Shown here piece by piece: positions 56,697-64,000 of a DNA stretch of 64,000 nucleotides. This stretch comes from Planctomycetaceae bacterium (GTDB taxonomy: Bacteria > Planctomycetota > Planctomycetia > Pirellulales > PALSA-1355): NCBI GenBank assembly GCA_003153375.1, contig PLYM01000174.1, forward strand, positions 15,007 through 79,006, read 5' to 3'. The notes beneath the pieces are model-generated. The model had not been told where the DNA came from. It was given only the letters and a program-made list of their open reading frames with translations, and made no database searches. How positions within the stretch are numbered: the stretch's first letter is position 1; the number at the start of each line of letters is the position of its first letter. Position numbers and translations under genes: made by a program.

Positions 56697-59482
56697 TTGG
56701 CAGCGCGTCGAAAGGAGTCTTTAATGAACCCGGGCAGCTTGTCGAACTCCTCCTTGGATATCCGACCATCTTTGTTCGTGTCGAAGGTGGTCATGAGTAC
56801 TCGAAAGTTCTCGGGAATTGCGAGTCCCTCGGAAGGAAACGGCGGCTCCGGCTTGGCAACGGGCTTCGCTGGGGTTTCTGGCTTAGCGGGGGCCTCTGCC
56901 TTGGGTTCCGGAGCGGCTGGATCACCTTGAGCAACGGGATCTGCGGCCATGTCCTCCTCGGCCGGCTCTTCCATGGCCTCTTCCGCCGCCGGCTTGCTGG
57001 CTGGCACTTCCTTGAGCCCGGCCAGCTTGCGAACCTGGCTCTTCCAGAGGTCGGGCAACTTGTCGTATTCTTGGCGCGAGATTTTACCGTCTTTGTCGAG
57101 GTCGAAATTAGCGGTCAGAGGCTTCAAGTTCTCGGGAATCGGCACGCCGCCGGCGGGATACTGTGCGGCTGTTTTGGCGACGGATTTCGGCGCGGGCTTG
57201 GTCGGCGGCTCGTCGGCCGCTTCGGACGCGTCGTCAGCGGCGGTCTCCTCGACCGGTGGAGCAGCGACCTTGCGGGCCACGGACTTTTTCGGTCTGACCG
57301 CATCGGCCGGCTCTTCCTCGGCGAGGGCGGGCTCGGACTCAGCTGGTTCCGATGCCGTGGCGGCGGCGGGCTGAGGCGCCAACAAGCGGCGGACCAAGGC
57401 CTTCCAGGCTGACGGCATCTTGTCATACTCGCCACGAGCGAGCCGGCCGTCTCGGTTCAGGTCGTATTTGGCGAACACGTCGCGGCAGTCTTCAGGAATC
57501 AGAAAGCCGGCCAAGGGAAAACTGGTGCCGCCCTTGCTGGCTGCTTTCGGCGGCGTTTTGGCACGGGCGGTTGCGCGGGCCTTCGGCTTGGGCTCCTCAG
57601 TCGCGTCGGCGGCGGATGCCGCCGCGTCAGCATCATCCGCCGCCTCGGCAGCGACCGGTTTGGCGGTTCGACTCTTGGCTGCCGGCTTACTCGTTGCGGG
57701 CCGCTTTTTGGTTTCCTCGTCGCCGGCGGCTGCGTCCAGCTTGATCGCCGGTTCGCCGCTACCCGGCTTGGACGACGCTCCCCGGCGAATCAGCACTTGC
57801 AACGGTTCCGGCATGGCCTTGAATTCTTCACGCGATAGCCGGCCGTCCTTGTCGAGGTCGTATTGGCCGAGCAATATCTTCGAATTTTCGGGAATCACCA
57901 TGCCCTCGGCCGGAAACGCCCCGCCCGCTTTCCCCGTGGCCTTCTTCGCCTTTACGGGCGGTTTTTCTTGAGGTTCGTCCTCGGCGACCTCGCTGGGCGG
58001 GGCGGCCGCGCTGGCCACGAGTTGGCTCTGCCGCCGTTCAGCCATCTTCTTGGCAATTACTTCTTTCGCGGCCTTGTACTTGTCGGCCACTTTTTGCGCG
58101 GTGGCTTTCTTGCGTTCGTCCTCCGCCTGGCCCGGAATGCCTCCTTCAAGACAGGCGCCCAGTTCGTTGCCGCGCATCTCGGCGATTTGTTTCAGATCGC
58201 TGCTGCGGTCGGCGAACACTTGCACGCCGCACAGGCACATCTCGTCGGTTGTCTGTTCGCCCCAGCGAATCGCCTTCGGAGGCTTGAACGGGTTCTTGGG
58301 GTTGGCCTCCGAGTTGTCGTAGATCGCCTTGACGTTGATCGTCGAGCCCTTGGGCAGCTTGACGGGCTTTTCGAACTGATAGGCGCCCTGCCAGTTGAAA
58401 TCCCAATCCTTGATCCAGACCAACGGCACTTCGCTGTTATTGGGCAGCCTCGCCACGACTCTGAACTCGCGACCCAAATTGTGCATGTGAGGAGTCAGCG
58501 CCAGCACATTGACGGCAACGGGCAGCGGATGACTCTCGGCCGTGATCTCACAATGGGCATCGCCGGCCGGGATTTTCAAGCCCGTCTGCAAGACCGCGAT
58601 GCCAGAGACGATCTTGCTCATCATCGGCTTCTTGGAAAAATGGATGCCCACCACCGATTGATCGCTTTCGACCTTGCCGGTCGGGTGATAGTGGACTTGC
58701 AAGACCAGGTCGCTGCCCTGGGCCACGTATTTGACCAGCCCATCGGGAAGCAAGCGCGGCATCGAGCCCGGCGTCCACGATCCCAGGCCACCGGTCGGCT
58801 TGATGACCGGGCCGCCGAAGCTGGGAAAGCCTGGTTTGCCGTCAAGGCCTTCGAGCTGCTTCGCTGCGCCGTTGGCATCGAGAAACATGATCGCGTGGTG
58901 GACGACCTTGGCATTGCCCGGGCGAAATTCCACGCCGCTAATCAGCTTGCTGGCCTCGAGCGGAATGGGAATCACGAAGCAGCGATAGATATCGCGACCA
59001 CCGGCCGGCACGCGGAACGGCTCGGACATCTTGAGCAGCAGGTCGGGCTCGCCTAACTGCCAGCCGTCGGGGAAGGTCGGGGGCGGCGGCAGGCTCGCGG
59101 CGTCGCCCTCAGGCGCTTCGTCGGCGGCCCAGGTTGCGATCAGCTCGATTTCCTTATCGGTCAAACGTCGCTCGTCGCAAAACTTGTTAGCGCTGGGCTC
59201 GGCCTTCCAGGGAGGCATTCGCCGGCTCGTGGTGACCTCCGCCAAAAAGTCGGCCCGCTTCGCGGCGTCATCGTAACTCAATAGCGAGAAGGGACCGACT
59301 TCGCCGGGGCGATGGCACCCGGCGCAGTTCTTTAGCAAAATCGGCGCGATATGTTTCGCGTAGGTCACCTTGGCGGCAGTCGCATCCTTGGCGGCCACCC
59401 GCGCGGCGCCCAGTGCTCCCAGCACTGCCGCCAGCACAAACCACGAAAGCCTCGGGGACCGCCTGGACCCGTTAGTCATCAC
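56693..59482 (-). CDS. Secreted fusion: planctomycete-type cytochrome c domain + PHM/DBH-like copper type II monooxygenase core + four EF-hand modules
   Basis: 929 aa. Haem motif CAGCH (res 53-57) in the PSCyt-like context HIAPILLKNCAGCHRPGEVGPFSL. Copper ligand pattern VVHHAIMF (195-196), LQVHYH (264/266), PHMHNLG (332/334), TDEMC (Met415). Four canonical EF loops: DLDKDGRLSREE, DLNRDGRLARGE, DLDKDGKISRQE, DTNKDGRISKEE. Confidence 0.8.
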   Translation of the reverse strand: MMTNGSRRSPRLSWFVLAAVLGALGAARVAAKDATAAKVTYAKHIAPILLKNCAGCHRPGEVGPFSLLSYDDAAKRADFLAEVTTSRRMPPWKAEPSANKFCDERRLTDKEIELIATWAADEAPEGDAASLPPPPTFPDGWQLGEPDLLLKMSEPFRVPAGGRDIYRCFVIPIPLEASKLISGVEFRPGNAKVVHHAIMFLDANGAAKQLEGLDGKPGFPSFGGPVIKPTGGLGSWTPGSMPRLLPDGLVKYVAQGSDLVLQVHYHPTGKVESDQSVVGIHFSKKPMMSKIVSGIAVLQTGLKIPAGDAHCEITAESHPLPVAVNVLALTPHMHNLGREFRVVARLPNNSEVPLVWIKDWDFNWQGAYQFEKPVKLPKGSTINVKAIYDNSEANPKNPFKPPKAIRWGEQTTDEMCLCGVQVFADRSSDLKQIAEMRGNELGACLEGGIPGQAEDERKKATAQKVADKYKAAKEVIAKKMAERRQSQLVASAAAPPSEVAEDEPQEKPPVKAKKATGKAGGAFPAEGMVIPENSKILLGQYDLDKDGRLSREEFKAMPEPLQVLIRRGASSKPGSGEPAIKLDAAAGDEETKKRPATSKPAAKSRTAKPVAAEAADDADAAASAADATEEPKPKARATARAKTPPKAASKGGTSFPLAGFLIPEDCRDVFAKYDLNRDGRLARGEYDKMPSAWKALVRRLLAPQPAAATASEPAESEPALAEEEPADAVRPKKSVARKVAAPPVEETAADDASEAADEPPTKPAPKSVAKTAAQYPAGGVPIPENLKPLTANFDLDKDGKISRQEYDKLPDLWKSQVRKLAGLKEVPASKPAAEEAMEEPAEEDMAADPVAQGDPAAPEPKAEAPAKPETPAKPVAKPEPPFPSEGLAIPENFRVLMTTFDTNKDGRISKEEFDKLPGFIKDSFRRAAK
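56696..57916 (-). repeat. Four intragenic ~45-aa repeat modules (FP-x-G-x-IPE ... EF-hand ... KxP) separated by Ala/Pro/Glu/Lys-rich linkers
   Basis: Residues ~523-566, 655-700, 775-820 and 882-929 of the 929-aa protein: FPAEGMVIPENSKILLGQYDLDKDGRLSREEFKAMP / FPLAGFLIPEDCRDVFAKYDLNRDGRLARGEYDKMP / YPAGGVPIPENLKPLTANFDLDKDGKISRQEYDKLP / FPSEGLAIPENFRVLMTTFDTNKDGRISKEEFDKLP. Confidence 0.85.
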
Positions 59483-59739
59483 CCAGTCCTTGAATTTGAT
59501 GTGCTCTCTGCCCCGTGGCCCCGCCCCGATTCGGCGGCGGCCGACGACCCCATCATAATCGATCCGTTCGCGGTTTGGCCACGTCTGGGGCTGGAAGGGG
59601 GGCGATTAACTTCAAGCCGAGGCCGCGCCCGGCACAGCATAACGGAGCAATATGAGCGGCCAATGAAGGAAGATCGTCCGGCAGGTGTGGCCGCCTGCAC
59701 GAATTGCCTGGCCGCCCGGAAGATTTATCCCGACCGCGT

Positions 59740-60861
59740 TTACTCGGGTGTTTCGCTCTTGGGCATCTCCGCGATCCACTGACGCACCAATTCGGCTCCT
59801 TCGGCGTGAATGAGCCGTTTGCCCAACTCGGGCATCATAATGCCCGGATCGATCGAGTTGATGCGAAACGTGATAATGGACTTGTCGGGGTCTCCGGGCA
59901 CGATGTCGTAGTCGCGCCCGCCGGAGCCCCGTCCGGCCGCCACCGGGGCTTTGAAGATGCCGAACCGGGTTGGGCCGTCCTCGCTGGCCAGCAGATTTAA
60001 GCCCGTGTTGCGCGCGGGTCCAGCGGGATTGTGACAATGAGCACAATTCATCTCGAGCCAGGCTCGGGCCCGCTGGTCGAGCGAGCCGGTGGCCGGTTCG
60101 TTCCACACGGCCAGCCGGGGGGCGTCTTGGGGCGAGGGTGATCCAGCGAGCGCCTTGGTACGGGTCCAATAGGCCAGTTGGTTTTCGCTGCCGTGGGCAT
60201 AGGTGAAGTCCCGATTCAGGTGCCGCGCTTTCGGCCCGATCGGCAGGAAATCGTCGCCCAAGCGATGACAGCCCTTGCACTGGTTCGAATTGGGAATGAT
60301 GTAGTTGTTCGTCCGCTCCTGACCAGCGATGTCGATCCATTTGACGTCGACCAGCTCGCCGGCAACCTCGAGAACCGCTTCAGTCTGCGCAGCGTTCCAG
60401 ATATAGGGCAAGCCAACCCAGCCCTGCGGCTCGCGTTTCAGAATGCGCGTCTCGAGCAATCGCCGACCGAGCCTCGGGTCGCGGGCATCGACGGGATAGG
60501 CGAACGTCTTGGCAATGACGGTGCCCACGGGAAAGACGAACGACTCGTCCGCGCGATACTCGGCGCTCGTGCCCTGCGGCAGTTTGACGAAGCGGAATTT
60601 CTCGGTGTAGTCGGAAAACAGTGGCGTGTTCAAGTCGTAGGGAGTGACCCCTTCAACGGGCTCTTGCGAGCTGCCGTTGCCGGTGAACAGGCCATACTCC
60701 GAGAGCTTCTCGGGCGCCAACGACCGGTCGCCACTCTGACCGCAGCCGCCGAGCGCGAGCGTGAACATCGCCGTGGCGATCACGCCACGCACTCGCCATC
60801 CGTATGAAGCCGCTGCCACCATCATCTCATCATTGCATTGGGCGCCGCGCGAGGCAATCAC
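59740..60861 (-). CDS. Dihaem c-type cytochrome (SO_2930 / HNE_0200-like family), lipoprotein
   Basis: 373 aa. Two haem motifs, CKGCH and CAHCH. Lipobox FTLALGGCG. C-terminal GDPDKSIITFRINSIDPGIMMPELG. GTG 60861 overlaps the upstream stop; alternative ATG at 60825. Confidence 0.75.
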   Translation of the reverse strand: MIASRGAQCNDEMMVAAASYGWRVRGVIATAMFTLALGGCGQSGDRSLAPEKLSEYGLFTGNGSSQEPVEGVTPYDLNTPLFSDYTEKFRFVKLPQGTSAEYRADESFVFPVGTVIAKTFAYPVDARDPRLGRRLLETRILKREPQGWVGLPYIWNAAQTEAVLEVAGELVDVKWIDIAGQERTNNYIIPNSNQCKGCHRLGDDFLPIGPKARHLNRDFTYAHGSENQLAYWTRTKALAGSPSPQDAPRLAVWNEPATGSLDQRARAWLEMNCAHCHNPAGPARNTGLNLLASEDGPTRFGIFKAPVAAGRGSGGRDYDIVPGDPDKSIITFRINSIDPGIMMPELGKRLIHAEGAELVRQWIAEMPKSETPE

Positions 60862-62138
60862 TTGACGCCGGCTATGGTGACGGGGCTCAGCTTCGGCCGT
60901 TCGCCTTCAAAGGGCTTGAGGTCGCGGCTGACCTTGTCGCGCTCCTTGTCGAGCGCGAAGGCGTTGCTCAGGTCGAGCTTCGGAAAATTGAGGTTGATGA
61001 AGTCGGCGTCGCCGTTGTCACGGATGCGAATCGCCAGCTTTTCGGGCAATGCACCGTCGACGGCCTTCTTTTCGTCAACGATCCCGTCATAGACGATGGC
61101 CGGCACCTTCGGGCTGGCCGCCAGGGTCGAGACCAGCTTGGGCAACACGCCGCTCGGCTTTTCGCCGCCCCCGACGAATTGGTTATCGTGTACGAAAATC
61201 GATTCGCAATAGGGGTCGTAGCCCTCATCCTGCTGGTAGCGGCGCTGCGTGATGATGAAGCTGCAAATCGAGAGGCCAATGCTCTGGTTGTTCTCGATCT
61301 TGTTGTCGAAGATCTCGACGTCGCGGTTGGCCAGAATCATGATGCCCGTGCCGGCCGGCACGTTGGCCACGGTGTTGCCCTTGGGCGCGAAATTGTCGTG
61401 GTTGTTGGCGATGATCTGATTGTTATAGACGCGACAGTGACGGCCGACCTTCACTTTCAGATCCGGCAGCGAGAAAACCAGGATGCCGCCGGTGTTGCCC
61501 GTGGCCGTATTCTCATAGACGTCCGCGTTGATTGAATTCTCGATCTCAATGCCGGCCACGTTGTGCTCGGCCGTGCAGTGGCGGACGATGATGTTCTCGC
61601 TCTGGCCGACGTAGATGCCGGCGTCCGAGGCATCGCGGGCGACGCACTTTTCGATCAGCACGTTCTTGCACAGCACCGGATAGAGACCATAGCCGCCATT
61701 GGTTTCCTTTGGTCCGCCCGTCCAACTGGTGCGCACGTCGCGAAACACGATGCCGTCGCAGCCATTGACTTTGATGGCGTCGCCCTTGGCGTCTTCGACG
61801 GCCAGGCCCTCGATCGTCACCTTTTCCTTGCTCGTGACCAGGATGCCTTCGCCGCCGGTGCCCTGGCCTTGTTGATCGAAGGCCAATACCGTCTTGTCGC
61901 TGCCTTGTCCGCGAATCGTGACATCGCTCACGTCGAGCGAGAGGGTCGAGTTGAACGTGAATTTGCCTTCACCAAACTCGATCACTTCGCCGGGCTTGGC
62001 GTTGATCATCGCCGTCTGGCCGCGCTTCTGAGCGTCGTCGCCCGCGGCGATTTTCGTAACCTTGACGGCCTTCGCACACCCACTGGCGGTCACGAGCAGA
62101 CAAGCGAGCCACACCAGACGCGAGCAAGACGTTTGCAC
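60858..62138 (-). CDS. Parallel beta-helix repeat lipoprotein (the usual partner of the dihaem cytochrome family)
   Basis: The track ORF starts at 62300. I prefer GTG 62138, which is preceded by AAGGAG at 7-nt spacing and yields the lipoprotein signal VQTSCSRLVWLACLLVTASGC. Repeated beta-helix rungs (GIVFRDVRT, NVLIEKCVARDASDAGIYVGQSENIIVRHC, NVAGIEIENSINADVYEN, NTGGILVF). Confidence 0.8.
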   Translation of the reverse strand: MQTSCSRLVWLACLLVTASGCAKAVKVTKIAAGDDAQKRGQTAMINAKPGEVIEFGEGKFTFNSTLSLDVSDVTIRGQGSDKTVLAFDQQGQGTGGEGILVTSKEKVTIEGLAVEDAKGDAIKVNGCDGIVFRDVRTSWTGGPKETNGGYGLYPVLCKNVLIEKCVARDASDAGIYVGQSENIIVRHCTAEHNVAGIEIENSINADVYENTATGNTGGILVFSLPDLKVKVGRHCRVYNNQIIANNHDNFAPKGNTVANVPAGTGIMILANRDVEIFDNKIENNQSIGLSICSFIITQRRYQQDEGYDPYCESIFVHDNQFVGGGEKPSGVLPKLVSTLAASPKVPAIVYDGIVDEKKAVDGALPEKLAIRIRDNGDADFINLNFPKLDLSNAFALDKERDKVSRDLKPFEGERPKLSPVTIAGVK

Positions 62139-62321
62139 AGACGATCTCCTTCGGAATGGATTGACAACGGGCCGATCAATTGCCAGAAAATGGCCGATCG
62201 GCGCCTCCCGTGTCCCGGAACGGATGCGGGCATTATAGCCAAAAAGGGGGCCGTGCCCAGCGGTTTTAGGCCCGGCGTCACGGGTATATGTTCGCCGCAT
62301 GCCGATTGGCTGGGGCGACGG

Positions 62322-63203
62322 CTAGCCTCGCCAGGCGGCGGCGTCTTCGCCGTCCAGCCGCAGTGTCAGGCACTTGGCGCTACCGCCGGCTTTGACGAAC
62401 TCGCCGAGCGGCGTCTCGAAGGTCGAAAACCCGCGAGCCTCCAGTGCGCGGTGCAATTCGGGGCATTCGGTATTGGTGATCACGCTGCGGCCCACGACGA
62501 CGGCGTTGCAGGCGAATCGACGGGCTTCGTTGCTGCTGACGGCGATCAACTCCTCGACGGACTCGGCCAGCGCCCGGCGGCCGTAGTCGTCGAACGCGCC
62601 GGGGTAATAAATGGCCATGCCGGGCGACAACGGGCAAAAGCACGTGTCGAGGTGGTAGTAGTAGGGATCAACCAGCTCGAGCGGAATCACGCGGCAGGAG
62701 AACATCACGCCGATTTGCTGATGCCCCGCCACGTCGCTGCGAATGCGGTATCCGGCAAACAGCGTGTCGCCACAGAAAAGTGCGTCGCCGGCGCCCTCGA
62801 AGTACACCCCTACGGGCAGCTTGTCGACCGTGAACCCGGACGCGGTCAGCCAGGCTTCATCGCAGGCCTCTTCGCCCTGTCGCTCCGGATAACGAAACCG
62901 CGCCAGCACGGCCCGGTCGCGATAGATCATTGCCGCGTTGGCCGTAAAGACCAGGTCGGGCAAGCCGGAGACCGCATCGAGCAGCAACACCCGGGCGCCG
63001 ACTTGTTCGATCAGCCGCCGCAGCGATTCCCATTGCGATGCCACCAGCGCTGGATCGGCCTGCTTCTGCCGGCTCATCCAAGGGTTGATCTCGTACAAGA
63101 TGCCATAGTGGTCGGGCGGACACATCAGGATCCGTGGCTGGCGGCTCGTGAAGTCGAACGCCGCCGTTGAGCGCGCGGGCTTCCGTTCCTCCGGCGCGTT
63201 CAT
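62322..63203 (-). CDS. Guanidino-group-modifying enzyme (amidinotransferase / arginine dihydrolase / DDAH fold)
   Basis: 293 aa. ILMCPPDHYGILYEINPWM opening, YFEGAGDALF, HLDTCFCPL, and the C-terminal catalytic-Cys context GGSAKCLTLRL. Confidence 0.75.
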   Translation of the reverse strand: MNAPEERKPARSTAAFDFTSRQPRILMCPPDHYGILYEINPWMSRQKQADPALVASQWESLRRLIEQVGARVLLLDAVSGLPDLVFTANAAMIYRDRAVLARFRYPERQGEEACDEAWLTASGFTVDKLPVGVYFEGAGDALFCGDTLFAGYRIRSDVAGHQQIGVMFSCRVIPLELVDPYYYHLDTCFCPLSPGMAIYYPGAFDDYGRRALAESVEELIAVSSNEARRFACNAVVVGRSVITNTECPELHRALEARGFSTFETPLGEFVKAGGSAKCLTLRLDGEDAAAWRG

Positions 63204-64000
63204 GCGGTCCGCTCCAAGGCTTCCAACTCGCTCACCAAGGCCCGCAGGAAGGGCTCGACGTCGGTGACCAGCCCGATCGTCTGGAACGACCCGCGATCGC
63301 TGAGCTTGATAACGGTCGAGGGATTGATGTCGACGCAGACGACCGTGACCCAGGCGGGCAGCAGATTACCCACGGCGATGGAATGCAGGGTCGTGGCAAT
63401 CATCAGGCAAAATGTGATGCCTTCGATTCTATCGCGCATTTGCCGCTGGGCTTCGAGCACGTCGGTAATCACTTCGCCGAGCGGACCGTCGTCGCGAATG
63501 CTGCCGGCCAGCAAGAAATCGACGTCGTTGCGGACGCATTCGTAGAAGATGCCGGATCGCAGCACGCCGCTTTCCACCGCCTTGCGAATGCCGCCGATGC
63601 GCCGCATGCGATTGATCGCCCGCAGATGATGCTCGTGCCCAGCCTCGGCCAGGTCACCCCGATCGAGGTGCACGCCTAGGCTGGTGCCGAACAGGGCCTG
63701 TTCGATGTCATGGGCCGCCAGGGCATTGCCGGCGAATAACCGATCGACATAGCCGCCGCGAATCAGCCGGCAAAGATGCTCGCCGCTGCCGGTGTGTACG
63801 ATTGCCGGACCGCCGACCAGCAGCGTCTTGCCGCCCCCCTGGCGATTCTTGAACAGTTCGTGGGCGATCTGGCGAATCGCGACCCCTTTGGGCTTTTCGG
63901 TCGAGACACTGCTCCCCATGAATTCGAACGGCTGCCGCTCGGCCAGCAGCTCGGGCGGAAACACCCGCACGCCGCCGTGGCCGATCACGAACTGCGTGCC
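63200..64000 (-). CDS. LOR/SDH-domain protein (TIGR00300-type, archaeal-type ornithine cyclodeaminase-like), C-terminal part; 5' end beyond the window
   Basis: The frame stays open to the window edge (GTQFVIGHGGVRV...). GGKTLLVGGPAIVHTGSGEHLCRLIRGGYVDRLFAGNALAAHDIE and VDINPSTVIKLSDRGS are typical of this family as I recall it. ATGA overlap with the downstream gene. Confidence 0.7.
   Translation of the reverse strand, partial: GTQFVIGHGGVRVFPPELLAERQPFEFMGSSVSTEKPKGVAIRQIAHELFKNRQGGGKTLLVGGPAIVHTGSGEHLCRLIRGGYVDRLFAGNALAAHDIEQALFGTSLGVHLDRGDLAEAGHEHHLRAINRMRRIGGIRKAVESGVLRSGIFYECVRNDVDFLLAGSIRDDGPLGEVITDVLEAQRQMRDRIEGITFCLMIATTLHSIAVGNLLPAWVTVVCVDINPSTVIKLSDRGSFQTIGLVTDVEPFLRALVSELEALERTA

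Noticed and set aside
62232-62237. TATAAT (minus strand) about 95 nt upstream of the beta-helix gene start, and TATAAT at 37033-37038 upstream of the Mrr-like gene, considered as promoters
   Set aside because: Neither has a convincing -35 element at 17-bp spacing. Planctomycete promoter consensus is poorly defined. Single hexamer matches are not sufficient to report as features.
1-64000. Search for CRISPR arrays, tRNA/rRNA genes, IS elements, integrases, prophage genes and terminal inverted repeats
   Set aside because: I saw no regularly spaced direct repeats, no cloverleaf-like intergenic segments and no transposase, integrase or phage-like ORFs. The intergenic regions are short. This is a by-eye scan only; tRNAscan-SE, Infernal/Rfam and ISEScan would be decisive.

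Overview
High-GC bacterial chromosomal segment whose gene content points to Planctomycetota, probably Pirellulales-like. The evidence is many formylglycine-type sulfatases, a DUF1559 prepilin-like protein, DUF1501, a planctomycete-type cytochrome c domain and DUF1080. This taxon call is an inference. I support about 47 protein-coding genes, many joined by 4-nt ATGA stop/start overlaps. I found no rRNA, tRNA, CRISPR array, transposase, integrase or phage genes by eye. All homology calls are by-eye motif and family recognition; nothing was searched or computed. Many long ORFs in the track are antisense artefacts of the high GC content. Layout: (1) a minus-strand operon of 4 sulfatases plus a DUF4185-like lipoprotein (1-6354). 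(2) Three tandem TPR + GT41 (O-GlcNAc-transferase-like) paralogues (6708-14811). (3) An unusual gene encoding a degenerate DXS-like scaffold fused to a class-I terpene-synthase-like domain (15117-17816), followed by an HK-REC-HK / REC-HK phosphorelay, ispH and a FadL-type porin. (4) A hydrolase / CitG-like / PTPS-like operon. (5) Housekeeping genes (ppk1, HD hydrolase, thioesterase, M50 protease, chrA, APC permease). (6) A TadE-TadE-TadG(vWA) set followed by an ABC-2 exporter. (7) FGE, a Tat oxidoreductase, ApbE and a GHL6-like hydrolase. (8) A minus-strand block of secreted redox proteins: a haem c :: PHM/DBH-like copper monooxygenase :: 4x EF-hand fusion with two coupled partners, and a dihaem cytochrome with a beta-helix partner. 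(9) A split ArgZ/AgrE-like arginine dihydrolase plus LOR/SDH pair at the right edge. The best candidate for something undescribed is the pseudo-DXS::terpene-synthase-like fusion in its ispH/phosphorelay context. Second is the haem c-copper monooxygenase-EF-hand operon.
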